DNA of 64,000 nucleotides from an uncultured Candidatus Rokubacteria bacterium (lineage in GTDB: Bacteria; Methylomirabilota; Methylomirabilia; Rokubacteriales; DASRDR01), in assembly GCA_963805625.1 (NCBI GenBank), contig CAWDVE010000017.1, forward strand, positions 320,001-384,000, written 5' to 3'. The position numbers were made by a program, and so were the translations under genes. The notes under the pieces were generated by a model, which did no database searches, was not told the DNA's origin, and worked only from the letters and a program-made list of their open reading frames with translations. This document shows, one piece after another, positions 30,419 through 40,463 of the stretch. Position 1 is the stretch's first letter. Each line of letters begins with the position of its first letter.

Positions 30419-31915
30419 GGCCGTGTCCCGAATGATGTGGAAAAGGCTTCTCGGGGATCGGAGCACGTTGGGCTCGGATCGCGGGCGACGCCCGATTTCG
30501 GGGGATACCAGGATATGGGTCGCCCCGTCAAACGGGATCCTGAGGCAATTGTGCGATTGCGGAATTGAGGCCATTGGCGTCAGGCGGCCTCTTCCGCCTT
30601 CGGCGCCGGGATCGTGAACGCGAGGGCCATGTCGTGCCAGCCCTCGAGCTTCCGGAAGGAGATCTGCCCTGAGGCCATGAGGCCATAGAGCAGAGCCAGG
30701 GCGGCATCCGCCGTGGGAAAGCTCCCTTGAGTCTTCACCCGACGCCGGAACTCGAGATGCAGACGCTCAATGCTGTTCGTCGTGCGCCAGCTCTTCCACT
30801 GGCTCCGGGGGTAGCGGAAGAACGTGAGCAACTCGGCCCCCGCCTCCTCCAGGCTGGTGACAGCCGCCAGGCAACCCTTGGTCCACTTCTTCACGAAGGC
30901 CAGGTACGCGCGCCGGGCGGCGGCCCCGTCTTCGGCGAAGACGATCGCGTGGTAGTCGTCGCGGAGCTCGTCATGGAGCCGCCGCGGGGCATGGGTCAGC
31001 AGGTTCCGGAGCTTGTGGACGGTACACCGCTGGATCGCCGCCGCCGGCCACGTCCGTTCGACCGCGGCGCGCAGCCCCTTGCCCCCATCGAGGACGCAGA
31101 GCTGGGGCGCGCGCACGCCCCGAGCGGCCAGGTCCTCGCAGACCGCCGCCCAGGCCTCGGCACTCTCGCTCCCGCGGAGCGACAGATGCACCAGGACCTT
31201 CTGGCCGCTCCGCTGCACTCCCAGGACGGCCAGCACCGGGACCGGGCTCACGCGCCCGCCCAGCCGCACCCGCAGGTGAAAGCCATCCAGGTAGAGGGCG
31301 ACGAGATCGAGATCGGACAGCGTCCGCGCCCGCCAGGCCTCGAGCTGGGCTTTCAACCCCTGGACGATCCGGCTGATCGCGCTCTTCGACAAGGCCCGGC
31401 CCTGCAGCAACGGTTTCAGGGCGCCACGGATCCGGCGTGTGTTCGCCCCGCACAGGTAGGCCTGCAGGACGGCCTCGTTGACCTGCCGCATCCGCCGAGC
31501 GTAGGCCGGCAGGACCTGGCTCTGCCATTCGGTGGCGGCGCTGGCTCCGGCCTGCAGACGGGCCCGGGGCACGGTCAGCGTCACGGCGCCCACCGGGCTG
31601 GTGATCGTGCGCACCTTCGACCCGTGGCGATACCCCACCCGGCTCCCGCCACGCGCGTACGGGGGACCGAGCACCGCGGCGAGCTCCACGGCCACGAGGT
31701 GTTCAATGGCCTGCCGCACCACGCTCAGCATGTCGGCCTGCAGGGCGGTGGCCCAATCGATGTCGGCCGGCTTGTCCGCGGTCGTCTTCTGTGGCAACGT
31801 CGGCATCGGCGTATCTCCTCTCGGTGCGCCCCGCCAAGGGCGTCAACGGTTGGTGGTCTCCAATCCACCGAGAAGATACGCCATTTCTCTTTTCCACAAC
31901 TATCGGGACGCCGCC
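30419..31915 (-). mobile_element. IS256-family insertion sequence
   Basis: 28-bp imperfect IRs GGCCGTGTCCCGAATGATGTGGAAAAGG / rc GGCGGCGTCCCGATAGTTGTGGAAAAAG; 8-bp TSD CGGCATGG at 30411-30418 and 31916-31923. Confidence 0.92.
30580..31806 (-). CDS. IS256-family (Mutator) transposase
   Basis: GYRHG, LYLDG, CVLDGGKGL, QRCTVHKLRN, TTNSIERLHLEFRRR. Confidence 0.93.
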   Translation of the reverse strand: MPTLPQKTTADKPADIDWATALQADMLSVVRQAIEHLVAVELAAVLGPPYARGGSRVGYRHGSKVRTITSPVGAVTLTVPRARLQAGASAATEWQSQVLPAYARRMRQVNEAVLQAYLCGANTRRIRGALKPLLQGRALSKSAISRIVQGLKAQLEAWRARTLSDLDLVALYLDGFHLRVRLGGRVSPVPVLAVLGVQRSGQKVLVHLSLRGSESAEAWAAVCEDLAARGVRAPQLCVLDGGKGLRAAVERTWPAAAIQRCTVHKLRNLLTHAPRRLHDELRDDYHAIVFAEDGAAARRAYLAFVKKWTKGCLAAVTSLEEAGAELLTFFRYPRSQWKSWRTTNSIERLHLEFRRRVKTQGSFPTADAALALLYGLMASGQISFRKLEGWHDMALAFTIPAPKAEEAA

Positions 31916-31992
31916 CGGCATGGGGTGACACTCTCACTGAACAGTTAGCCCATGACATTCTTATGGACCAACAGCACTTTGCCGCCGCTTCC

Positions 31993-32021
31993 TTGACGCC
32001 ACTTCGGATGTCCTGTAGCCT
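31993..32021 (+). promoter_or_regulatory. sigma-70 promoter of ffh operon
   Basis: TTGACG-N17-TAGCCT immediately after the IS target duplication. Confidence 0.6.
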
Positions 32022-32065
32022 TAAGTGCTTTTCGCGATTCCCCCACGAGATTCCGAGAGGATCCA

Positions 32066-33415
32066 ATGTTCGAAGCCCTGACGCAGCGTCTCGAGGCGAT
32101 CTTTGACCGCCTCCGGGGTGCCGGCCGCCTGACCGAGGAGAACATCCAGGAGGCGCTCCGGGAGGTGCGGGTCGCCCTCCTCGAGGCCGACGTCAACTTC
32201 AAGGTCGTCCGGTCCTTCGTCGAGCGGGTCCGCGAGAAGGCCGTGGGGCACGAGGTCCTCCAAAGCCTCACGCCGGGTCAGCAGGTGGTGAAGATCGTCC
32301 ACGGTGAGCTGGTCGATCTTCTGGGCGGCGCCGCGCATCGACTCACGATGGCGCCCCGGCCGCCGACGGTGATCATGGTTTTGGGCCTCCAGGGTTCCGG
32401 CAAAACGACGAGCGTCGCGAAGCTCGGGCGGCACTTCCAGCGCGAGGGCTTCCGGCCCCTCCTGGTCGCGGCCGACGTCTACCGGCCTGCGGCGATCCAG
32501 CAATTGCGTGTCCTCGGCGGAGAGCTGGGGCTGCCCGTCCACGGTGCCGAGGGGCAGTCGCCCGTCGAGATCGCACGCGGCGCCCTGGATCAGGCGGCGG
32601 CCAACGGGTGGAACCCGGTCCTCCTCGACACGGCCGGGCGGCTCCACATCGACGAGGCGATGGTCGAGGAGCTGAAGGTCCTCCGGCGCGAGGTCAAGCC
32701 CCATCACGTCCTCCTGGTCGTCGACGCGATGACGGGGCAGGACGCGGTGACGATGGCCCAGCGGTTCAACCAGGACGTCGGCTACGATGGCATCGTCCTG
32801 ACGAAGCTCGACGGAGATGCCCGGGGGGGCGCGGCACTGTCGATCCGCACCGTCACCGGCAAGCCGATCGTGTTCTGCGGCGTCGGCGAGCGGGTCGACG
32901 CGCTGGAGCCCTTCCATCCCGACCGGATGGCCTCGCGCATCCTCGGCATGGGCGACGTCCTCTCTCTCGTCGAGAAGGCCCAGGCGACGGTGGACGCCTC
33001 GAAGGCCGAGGAGCTGGCCCAGAAGATCCGGGAGGACAGCTTCACCCTCGAGGACTTCGCCGAGCAGCTGCGACAGCTCCGGAAGATGGGGCCACTCGAC
33101 CAGATCCTCGACATGGTGCCGTTCTTCAAGGGCGCCAAGCTGGGCCGGCCCGAGATCGACGCCGAGTCGAAGGACCTCGGGCGGTTCGAGGCGATCATCG
33201 GCTCGATGACGCCGGGCGAGCGGCACACGCCGGCGATTATCAACGGCGAGCGGCGGGCTCGGATCGCGCGCGGGAGCGGCACGTCGGTGCAGGACGTGAA
33301 CCGGCTGCTCAAGCAGTACGCGCAACTCCGGAAGATGATGAAGGACATGAAGGGTATGAGCGGCCGGCTCGGACGCAAGGACCTGCGCCGGGCGATGCCG
33401 TTCTTCCGAGGCTAG
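32066..33415 (+). CDS. ffh: signal recognition particle protein
   Basis: GLQGSGKTT, DTAGRL, TKLDGDARGGAALS, PFHPDRMASRILGMGD, M domain. Confidence 0.97.
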   Translation: MFEALTQRLEAIFDRLRGAGRLTEENIQEALREVRVALLEADVNFKVVRSFVERVREKAVGHEVLQSLTPGQQVVKIVHGELVDLLGGAAHRLTMAPRPPTVIMVLGLQGSGKTTSVAKLGRHFQREGFRPLLVAADVYRPAAIQQLRVLGGELGLPVHGAEGQSPVEIARGALDQAAANGWNPVLLDTAGRLHIDEAMVEELKVLRREVKPHHVLLVVDAMTGQDAVTMAQRFNQDVGYDGIVLTKLDGDARGGAALSIRTVTGKPIVFCGVGERVDALEPFHPDRMASRILGMGDVLSLVEKAQATVDASKAEELAQKIREDSFTLEDFAEQLRQLRKMGPLDQILDMVPFFKGAKLGRPEIDAESKDLGRFEAIIGSMTPGERHTPAIINGERRARIARGSGTSVQDVNRLLKQYAQLRKMMKDMKGMSGRLGRKDLRRAMPFFRG

Positions 33416-33443
33416 ACCGAAGCAGGGCGAGGAGGAGACTCAC

Positions 33444-33692
33444 ATGGCGGCACGGATTCGGCTACGACGCACGGGCACGACGAGGAAGCCTTCCTATCGG
33501 GTGGTGGTGGCGGACGGCCGGACGGCACGGGACGGCCGGTTCATCGAGCAGATCGGGTTCTACGACCCGCTGACGGAGCCGCCGACGATCCGGATCGACA
33601 CGGAGAAGGCATCGGCGTGGATCCGGAAGGGCGCGCTTCCCTCGAACACCGTGCGGCACCTCCTGGCGCGTGCGGGCATGCCAGCGAGCTAG
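33444..33692 (+). CDS. rpsP: 30S ribosomal protein S16
   Basis: IRLRRTG...YRVVVAD...[14 protein letters not shown]. Confidence 0.96.
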   Translation: MAARIRLRRTGTTRKPSYRVVVADGRTARDGRFIEQIGFYDPLTEPPTIRIDTEKASAWIRKGALPSNTVRHLLARAGMPAS

Positions 33693-33719
33693 AGGCGGGC
33701 GCGACCGAGGAACGAGCGG

Positions 33720-34286
33720 ATGCGCGAGACGGCGGACGCCAAGGTCGCCGGGGCCGACGTGCCGGCCGGCGCCGGGGCGCTGGTCGCGGTGGGGCGGATC
33801 GTCCGGACCCAGGGTCGGCGGGGCGAGGTGCGGGTCGAGCCCCTGACCGATACCCCGGAGCGGCTCGCCGAGCTGCGGGAGTGCTGGCTCGTGCCGCCAG
33901 CCGCGGGCGAGCGACACGACGTGGAGGCCGTCTGGTTCCGGGGGCGAGTACCCGTCGTGAAGCTTGCCGGGAGCGACAGCATGACGGACGCCCAGGCGCT
34001 CGTCGGCCGGCTCGTCACAATCCCGCGCACCGCGGTGCGACAGCTGCCGCCGGATCGCTACTACGCGTTCGACCTGGTCGGGTGCGTCGTGGAGACCCCG
34101 GAGGGAGCGAGCCTCGGCACGATCTCGGAAGTCCTCGCGGGCCCCGAGCACGACTACTGGACGGTCCAGCGCGGCGATCGGGCGTGGTCTCTCCCGGCGG
34201 TGGCGGCGCTCGTCGACCGGGTGGACCTTGCGGCGCGGCGCGTGGTCGCGCGGCCTCCCGAGGGGCTCGTGGAGCTCGACGCGTGA
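33720..34286 (+). CDS. rimM: 16S rRNA processing protein RimM
   Basis: [25 protein letters not shown]; rpsP-rimM-trmD synteny. Confidence 0.92.
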   Translation: MRETADAKVAGADVPAGAGALVAVGRIVRTQGRRGEVRVEPLTDTPERLAELRECWLVPPAAGERHDVEAVWFRGRVPVVKLAGSDSMTDAQALVGRLVTIPRTAVRQLPPDRYYAFDLVGCVVETPEGASLGTISEVLAGPEHDYWTVQRGDRAWSLPAVAALVDRVDLAARRVVARPPEGLVELDA

Positions 34287-35032
34287 TGCGGATCGACGTG
34301 GTGACGCTCTTCCCAGGGATGCTCCCGGGGGTGCTCGACGAGTCGATGCTCCGAGTGGCGCGGGAGCGGGGCGCCGTCGACATTCGGGTGGTGGATCTCC
34401 GCGACTACACGGAGGGCCGGCACCGGGTCGCGGACGACTACCCGTTCGGCGGCGGTGGTGGCATGGTGCTTAAACCCGAGCCCCTCTTCGCCGCCGTCGA
34501 CGCCCTGCGAGGGCCGGAGAGCCGCGTCGTGCTCCTTTGCCCGCAGGGCCCGACGTTCACGCAGTCGGCCGCGGAGCGTCTGGCCAAGGAGACCCACCTG
34601 GTCCTGCTCTGCGGGCACTACGAGGGGGTGGACGAGCGCGTCCGGGCGCAGCTCGTCGACGAGGAGCTCTCCATCGGCGACTACGTGCTGACGGGCGGGG
34701 AGCTCCCGGCGCTCGTCGTGCTGGACGCGGTGGTCCGGCTCTTGCCGGGAGTGCTCGGGGATCCGGACGGCTCGGTGCGGGAGTCGTTCGCCGCGGGCCG
34801 GCTCGACTACCCCCAGTACACGCGACCCGCCGAGTTCCGCGGGTGGCGGGTGCCGGAGGTTCTGCTCTCCGGGGACCACGGCCGCATCGCGCGGTGGCGG
34901 CGCCGCGAGGCGCTCCGGCGCACGCTGGCGCGCCGGCCGGACCTGCTGGACGCGGTGCCGTTGACGCGCGAAGAGCGCGAGTGGATGGACGAGATGACGC
35001 GCAGCGGCGAGCTGACGCGGACGGGTGAATGA
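34286..35032 (+). CDS. trmD: tRNA (guanine-37-N1)-methyltransferase
   Basis: [42 protein letters not shown]. Confidence 0.96.
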   Translation: MRIDVVTLFPGMLPGVLDESMLRVARERGAVDIRVVDLRDYTEGRHRVADDYPFGGGGGMVLKPEPLFAAVDALRGPESRVVLLCPQGPTFTQSAAERLAKETHLVLLCGHYEGVDERVRAQLVDEELSIGDYVLTGGELPALVVLDAVVRLLPGVLGDPDGSVRESFAAGRLDYPQYTRPAEFRGWRVPEVLLSGDHGRIARWRRREALRRTLARRPDLLDAVPLTREEREWMDEMTRSGELTRTGE

Positions 35033-35069
35033 CGCCCAGCCGGGCGAGTGACGCACCGAGGAGACGAAC

Positions 35070-35465
35070 ATGGCGACGGATGCGATCGCGGTGGTGGAGG
35101 CAAGCGCCCTTAAGCGGGACCGGGGCGCCTTTGCGCCCGGGGACAGCGTGCGGGTCCACGTGAAGGTGATCGAGGGCGAGAAGGAGCGAGTGCAGATCTT
35201 CGAGGGGACCATCATCCGCAAGCGCGGTGAGGGCGCGCGCGCGACCTTCACGGTCCGCCGCGTGTCCTACGGCGTTGGCGTCGAGCGGACCTTCCCGCTC
35301 CATTCCCCGCGGGTCGAGCAGGTCCAGGTCGTGAAGTCCTCGCACGTCCGGCGCTCCAAGCTCTACTACCTCCGGGCGCGCACGGGGAAGGCCGCGCGCC
35401 TGCGGGAGAAGCGGCAGGAGCGGCCGACTGCGGCCCCCGCGGCGCCCGCCGCGAGCGACGAGTAG
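35070..35465 (+). CDS. rplS: 50S ribosomal protein L19
   Basis: [43 protein letters not shown]. Confidence 0.96.
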   Translation: MATDAIAVVEASALKRDRGAFAPGDSVRVHVKVIEGEKERVQIFEGTIIRKRGEGARATFTVRRVSYGVGVERTFPLHSPRVEQVQVVKSSHVRRSKLYYLRARTGKAARLREKRQERPTAAPAAPAASDE

Positions 35466-35493
35466 CCGCGCGACGAGCTCCCCGACCCCCCGC

Positions 35494-36201
35494 GTGCGCC
35501 AGCGCCGCTCCGGTCCCCTCCAGACAGGGCTGTTCGAGCTCGAGGAAGATCTCTACGCCCAGGAGCGCGGCGCCTGGGCACGGGGGCTTTGGGTGGCGGG
35601 GGTGGACGAGGTGGGGCGCGGACCCCTGGCTGGACCGGTGGTCGCTGCGGCTGTGATTCTCGACCCGACGGCGCCGGTCGACGGGCTCCGTGACTCGAAG
35701 CTCCTCAGCGTTCGGCAACGGCGGCGACTCGCGCGCGAAATCCGTGTCCGGGCGCTCGCCTTCGCCGTGGGACGCGTCGGCCCGCGGCGGATCGACACGG
35801 TCAACGTGCTGCAGGCTACCTGGTGCGCCATGCGGGCCGCGCTCGAGCGGCTACGTCTCGCGCCCGGTCTCGTCCTGGTGGACGGCAACCTCCGGATCCC
35901 CGGCGTGACCTGCGCCCAGCGGGCGATCATCGCCGGCGATCGCCGCTCGGCCTCGGTCGCCGCCGCATCGATCCTCGCGAAGGTCACCCGAGACTCCTTC
36001 ATGCTGCGCGCCGACCGGCGCTATCCCGAGTACGGCTTCCGGCAGCACAAGGGATACGCGACCGCCGCGCACCTCGAGGCGCTCGCACGGCTCGGCCCGT
36101 GTCCGCTCCACCGGCGCTCCTTTCATGGAGTTGGTCACGTGGTTGATCACGGCGTCGGGAGCGAGCCCGGCGATCCCTCCCTCGAGCTTCGGCTTTTCTG
36201 A
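35494..36201 (+). CDS. rnhB: ribonuclease HII
   Basis: GVDEVGRGPLAGPV, DSKLL, AAASILAKVTRD, HKGY. Confidence 0.95.
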   Translation: MRQRRSGPLQTGLFELEEDLYAQERGAWARGLWVAGVDEVGRGPLAGPVVAAAVILDPTAPVDGLRDSKLLSVRQRRRLAREIRVRALAFAVGRVGPRRIDTVNVLQATWCAMRAALERLRLAPGLVLVDGNLRIPGVTCAQRAIIAGDRRSASVAAASILAKVTRDSFMLRADRRYPEYGFRQHKGYATAAHLEALARLGPCPLHRRSFHGVGHVVDHGVGSEPGDPSLELRLF

Positions 36202-36202
36202 C

Positions 36203-37126
36203 GTGAGCCCGGCCGCGCTCGAGCGCCCGCTCGTCCCCCGCTTCCTCCTCGCGGGCTTCGCCGACGCCACCGGCCAGCTCATCGCGGAGCGGCGGGACCG
36301 CACCCGCCGGCGGCTCATCCTGGTGGACGCCGCCGTGGCGGAGCTCGGGCGGTATGCGCTCGTGGCCGACCGGACCGATGCCCCGGCGCTCGCGCGCCTC
36401 CTCGCCGAGGTGGAGGCCCGGGGGGCCGAGGCCGTCCAGCGGATCACGGCCGGCACCTTCCCGCCACGCGAGTCCGATCGGGCGAGCCTCGCCCTCGTCC
36501 TCGCCGCGCAGCTTCTCCTCGGGCGGTATCACCGGGCCGAGGCCGGGAGGGTCGCGACCCTCGTCGGCCAGCTCATCGTCTCGACCATCGAGGAGTCCGA
36601 GGCGGGCGAGGAGTCCGAGGATCTCGAGGAGCCCGAGACGGAAGATGCCGAGCGCCAGGGCGCGGCTGCCCCGGAGGCCCCAGAGGCCAGAGGGTCGGAG
36701 GCGGCACGCGGCGCAGGCGCGCCGGACGTGCTGCTCCCTGGCCGGCCGCCGGTCGGGCGGTCGCTGGCGTCCATGCCGGCGCTCGCGCGTCAGCTGGCGG
36801 CCCGCACGTGGCAGGTCGTCCGCTTTGCCTCACCGGTGCTCTTGACGAGCGACACGCCCGTCGTGCTCTGGGCGCCGTCGGCCGCCGCGAAGCTCTACCA
36901 GGTGGGGCTCGGATCCGCGCACGAGGTACGGGTTCCGCTCGATGCCCGCCACGCCCTGATCATCGCGCGCCGCGCTCCGGCCGGGGAGATCGTGCGCGAC
37001 CTGGGCGAGCGCCAGGCGCGCGCGCTCAACCGCACGGTCGCCGAGGGCGCCGCCGAATGGATGTACTACCACCCGGCGTCGGATCCCCTCGAGGGCGTGG
37101 AGCTGCCCTCGCCAGAATCGCCCTGA
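36203..37126 (+). CDS. DUF4238-like hypothetical protein
   Basis: VPRFLLAGFA near the N-terminus, LLTSDTPV, VPLD; acidic low-complexity insert. Confidence 0.65.
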   Translation: MSPAALERPLVPRFLLAGFADATGQLIAERRDRTRRRLILVDAAVAELGRYALVADRTDAPALARLLAEVEARGAEAVQRITAGTFPPRESDRASLALVLAAQLLLGRYHRAEAGRVATLVGQLIVSTIEESEAGEESEDLEEPETEDAERQGAAAPEAPEARGSEAARGAGAPDVLLPGRPPVGRSLASMPALARQLAARTWQVVRFASPVLLTSDTPVVLWAPSAAAKLYQVGLGSAHEVRVPLDARHALIIARRAPAGEIVRDLGERQARALNRTVAEGAAEWMYYHPASDPLEGVELPSPESP

Positions 37127-37155
37127 CGCCTCCGGCCGGCCGTCGCGTCTGGCCC

Positions 37156-37848
37156 GTGAGCCGTCTCGTCGGGCTGCTCCTGGTCGGCCTCGTGGCGCTG
37201 CTCTCGTCTCGCGCCGGATTTCCACAGGTGCCGCCCGGCCCGGACGAGGTGCGAGCGTACACGGGGCTCCACGGGGCGGCGGCCCGTGGCGACGCGATCG
37301 AGATCCGCCGGCTTCTCGCGTCCGGCGGGGATCCTGGCGCACGGGACGGCCACGGACGCACGCCGCTTCACGTCGCCGTGTTCGCCGCGCAGGGCGAGGC
37401 GATGCGGGTGCTGGTGGCGGGCGGCGCGGACCCGAATGCTTTCGACGCGCAGCGCTACGATGTCGTCACGATCGCGGCCGTACGCGATGACGTGGCGACG
37501 CTCGGGCTCGCCCTCGCGCTCGGCGCGAGCCCGTGCACCGTCACAAGCCCCTACGACGGCACGGCGCTCATCGCCGCAGCGCACCTCGGCCACGTGGAGG
37601 TGGTGCGGGTCCTCGTCGAGGCCGGCGCGCCGCTCGACCATGTCAACAACCTCGGCTGGACGGCCCTCCTCGAGGCCGTGATCCTCGGAGACGGCGGGCC
37701 GCGCCACATGGCCGTCGCGCGCCTCCTCGTCGAGGCGGGAGCCGCCGGCGATCTCGCCGACCGCCAGGGCGTCACGCCGCTCGCCCACGCCCGGGCGCGC
37801 GGCTACGCCGCGCTGGCGCGGATCCTGGAGGGCGCGCGCCGGCCCTGA
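37156..37848 (+). CDS. secreted ankyrin-repeat protein
   Basis: Signal peptide; GRTPLHVA, GTALIAAAHLGH, GWTALLEA, GVTPLAHA repeats. Confidence 0.88.
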   Translation: MSRLVGLLLVGLVALLSSRAGFPQVPPGPDEVRAYTGLHGAAARGDAIEIRRLLASGGDPGARDGHGRTPLHVAVFAAQGEAMRVLVAGGADPNAFDAQRYDVVTIAAVRDDVATLGLALALGASPCTVTSPYDGTALIAAAHLGHVEVVRVLVEAGAPLDHVNNLGWTALLEAVILGDGGPRHMAVARLLVEAGAAGDLADRQGVTPLAHARARGYAALARILEGARRP

Positions 37849-37961
37849 CTGCCCAGACACGACGCGCATCCGTGGGCAGTAACCCGCGATGATCGCTCGG
37901 ATGTGCCGGCTCGACATCCGGCGGGCCTACCGCTTGGTCGGGTCCTTGCACAGTGACTGGC

Positions 37962-38366
37962 ATGCGGTGGCAGCGCGATCCGCCCCGCGCCACGACACGG
38001 TCTGTCGGCCAGGTGGGGGAAGCCGCGGCTGTGCGCTACCTCAAGCGGTGCGGTCTCGTCATCCTCGCACGGAACCTCCGGTCGCGGCTGGGCGAGATCG
38101 ACCTCCTGGCCCGCGACGGCGCCACGCTGGTCTTCATCGAAGTGAAGTCGCGACGAGGCCACTCAGGCGATCCGCCCGAGGCCGCGGTGGATGCCCGGAA
38201 GCGCGCGCGGCTCGTCCGGCTCGCGCTCGGGTACCTCGCGACGCGGCGGCTTGGCGAGCAATCCTGCCGCTTCGACGTGGTGGGAGTGTCGCTCGACGAG
38301 GCGGGCGGGGTGACCGGTGTGCGGCATCTCAAGCATGCCTTCGGCCTCGACGGTTGGACATCGTGA
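37962..38366 (+). CDS. yraN: YraN family (UPF0102) nuclease-like protein
   Basis: GEAAAVRYL, GEIDLLA, LVFIEVKSR, CRFDVV. Confidence 0.92.
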   Translation: MRWQRDPPRATTRSVGQVGEAAAVRYLKRCGLVILARNLRSRLGEIDLLARDGATLVFIEVKSRRGHSGDPPEAAVDARKRARLVRLALGYLATRRLGEQSCRFDVVGVSLDEAGGVTGVRHLKHAFGLDGWTS

Positions 38367-38458
38367 CGGATACGCCCTGTATGACGTTGACGCCGCCGAG
38401 CCAGCCGCCCGCCTGAGCGAACCGCCCGCCACTCGGCGTCCGGTCGCGCGGCGCCTCT

Positions 38459-38474
38459 CGGCGCGCGGCTTGCA
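38459..38474 (+). promoter_or_regulatory. possible sigma-54 promoter upstream of comM
   Basis: CGGCGCGCGGCTTGCA with GG-N10-GC spacing, 80 bp before ATG. Confidence 0.4.
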
Positions 38475-38553
38475 ACGCCTTCGCCATGGGCCGGACGAAT
38501 CAGGGGACCGCGGCAGCACGGGCGTCGAGGTCGCAGTCCCGGCGACGTGGGTA

Positions 38554-40077
38554 ATGCTCGCCCGGGTCTTCTCCGCATGCCTCGCCGGTGTCGACGCGGC
38601 GCTGGTCCGCGTGGAGGTCGACGTGAGCCAGGGGTTGCCCACGTTCGCGACGGTGGGCTTGCCGGATCCGGCGGTGAGGGAGAGCCGGGAGCGCGTCCGG
38701 ACGGCCATCCGGAACTCCGGCTTCGCGTTTCCGCTCGAGCGCGTGACCGTCAACCTCGCGCCGGCGGACGTGCGGAAGGAAGGCGTCAGCTTCGACCTGC
38801 CGATCGCGCTCGGCGTCCTGGCGGCGACGGGCGTGGTCAAGCCGGAGCGGCTGGCGCGCCTCCTCGTGGTGGGGGAGCTGGCCCTCGACGGGGCGATAAA
38901 TCCGGTGCGCGGGGTGCTCCCGATGGCGCTCCGGGCGAGCCACGCGGGGCTCGACGGCTGCCTCCTCGCCGCCGGCAACACCTCGGAGGCCTCGGTGCTG
39001 GAGGCCCTCGCCGTGTACCCGGTGACCTCGCTCGCGGAGGCGGCGGCGTTCCTCAACGAGGAGCACCCGATCGCCCGGACTCGCGAGGATCCGGGACAGC
39101 TCCTCGCGGTCGCGCCGCCCGACGACGTCGACCTCGGAGACGTGCGCGGTCAGGCGCATGCGAAGCGCGCGCTGGAGATCGCGGCGGCCGGCGGCCACCA
39201 CGTGCTGCTGATCGGCCCGCCGGGGACGGGCAAGACGCTCCTCGCGCGGCGGCTGCCGACAATCATGCCGCCCCTCACGCTGGGGGAGGCGGTCGAGGTG
39301 AGCCGGATCTGGAGCGTGGCGGGGTTGCTTCCGCCGGAGGGCCTCGTGACGCGCCGGCCGTTTCGCGCGCCCCACCACACCGTCTCGCCGGCCGGGTTAG
39401 TCGGCGGGGGCCGAGTGCCGCATCCGGGCGAGGTGAGCCTGGCCCACCTGGGCGTGCTCTTCTTGGACGAGCTGCCGGAGTTCGCGCCGCACGCGCTCGA
39501 CACACTACGCCAGCCGCTGGAGGATGGCGCGGTGACGGTTGCGCGGGTTGGCGGGGCGGTGCGGCTGCCGGCCGAGGTCCAGCTGGTGGGGGCGATGAAC
39601 CCGTGCCGGCGCGGCTGCCGGACCCTGGACGGGTGCGCGTGCACGCCGGGGGAGCGGGCGCGCTATCTGGGACGGCTGTCGGCGCCGCTGCTCGACCGGA
39701 TTGACCTCCACGTTGACGTGGGACCGGTGATGCCGGAGATGGCCACTTCAGGCGACGGCGCGCCGCCGGAATCGGCAGCGGTCCAGCAGCGGGTCACCCG
39801 CGCGCGCGAGCGTCAGCGGGCGCGGCTCGGGCGTGGGCCCGTGCGTGTGAACGCGCGGCTCACGCCGCGCCAGCTCCTTCGCCACTGCCCGCTGCCGCCG
39901 GCCGGGCGGGCCCTCCTCGCGCGCGCGGCGGCGCGGCTTGGGTACTCGGCGCGCGCCCACGACCGCGTGCTCAAGGTGGCGCGGACAATCGCCGACCTGG
40001 CCGGGGCGGATGCGATTGCCGTCGAGCACGTCGCGGAAGCGCTCGCCTACCGGACGCTCGACCGCGGGATCGTCTGA
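38554..40077 (+). CDS. comM: YifB/ComM Mg-chelatase-like AAA+ ATPase
   Basis: VGLPDPAVRESRERV, NLAPAD, GPPGTGKT, PFRAPHHT, LFLDELPEF, LLDRIDL. Confidence 0.93.
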   Translation: MLARVFSACLAGVDAALVRVEVDVSQGLPTFATVGLPDPAVRESRERVRTAIRNSGFAFPLERVTVNLAPADVRKEGVSFDLPIALGVLAATGVVKPERLARLLVVGELALDGAINPVRGVLPMALRASHAGLDGCLLAAGNTSEASVLEALAVYPVTSLAEAAAFLNEEHPIARTREDPGQLLAVAPPDDVDLGDVRGQAHAKRALEIAAAGGHHVLLIGPPGTGKTLLARRLPTIMPPLTLGEAVEVSRIWSVAGLLPPEGLVTRRPFRAPHHTVSPAGLVGGGRVPHPGEVSLAHLGVLFLDELPEFAPHALDTLRQPLEDGAVTVARVGGAVRLPAEVQLVGAMNPCRRGCRTLDGCACTPGERARYLGRLSAPLLDRIDLHVDVGPVMPEMATSGDGAPPESAAVQQRVTRARERQRARLGRGPVRVNARLTPRQLLRHCPLPPAGRALLARAAARLGYSARAHDRVLKVARTIADLAGADAIAVEHVAEALAYRTLDRGIV

Positions 40078-40463
40078 GCGCCCGGTCCAGGAGACCGATC
40101 GTCGCCGCTGAGCGAGGTGGGCGGAGCCTCGGCCGCGCTCGAAACCGAGGTAGGGCGGAGGAAGGCGCCGGCACGCGGCCGCGGGGGGGTCGCGCTGAGG
40201 CTGGCAGCGTCCCTACATTCCCGGGCCGACCTTCGGGATATGCTCAAGGCGCTCCAGGAGGGAGTGCTCGACCATTGTCGGGCGCGTCGACCGGGCAGTG
40301 ACCCGTGGAGGCCTTCGAGGACGTCACGCGCGAATGCAGCCGGTCGATCGACACGGCAGGCTTCCGGAGGTTGCGCGGCGGCCCCGAGGGCGCGCGGGAT
40401 CGATGTCCAGAACCTACACGTGGGCAACTGAGAACGCTCCCGCAGTGGAGAGTGAGGGCTAGG

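Larger units (their letters stand above)
28975..31976 (-). mobile_element. IS1202-family (ISNCY-type) insertion sequence interrupted by an IS256
   Basis: ~53-bp imperfect terminal IRs (TGTAGCTGTCCAGTGAAAATGTCACCC.. / ..GGGGTGACACTCTCACTGAACAGTTA..CAGCA); 16-bp direct repeat CTTTGCCGCCGCTTCC at 28959-28974 and 31977-31992. Confidence 0.9.

Noticed and set aside
33692-33720. Absence of a KH-domain gene between rpsP and rimM
   Set aside because: Commonly absent in many lineages; not informative
40080-40460. Possible degraded gene fragment after comM
   Set aside because: No frame gives a motif I can support
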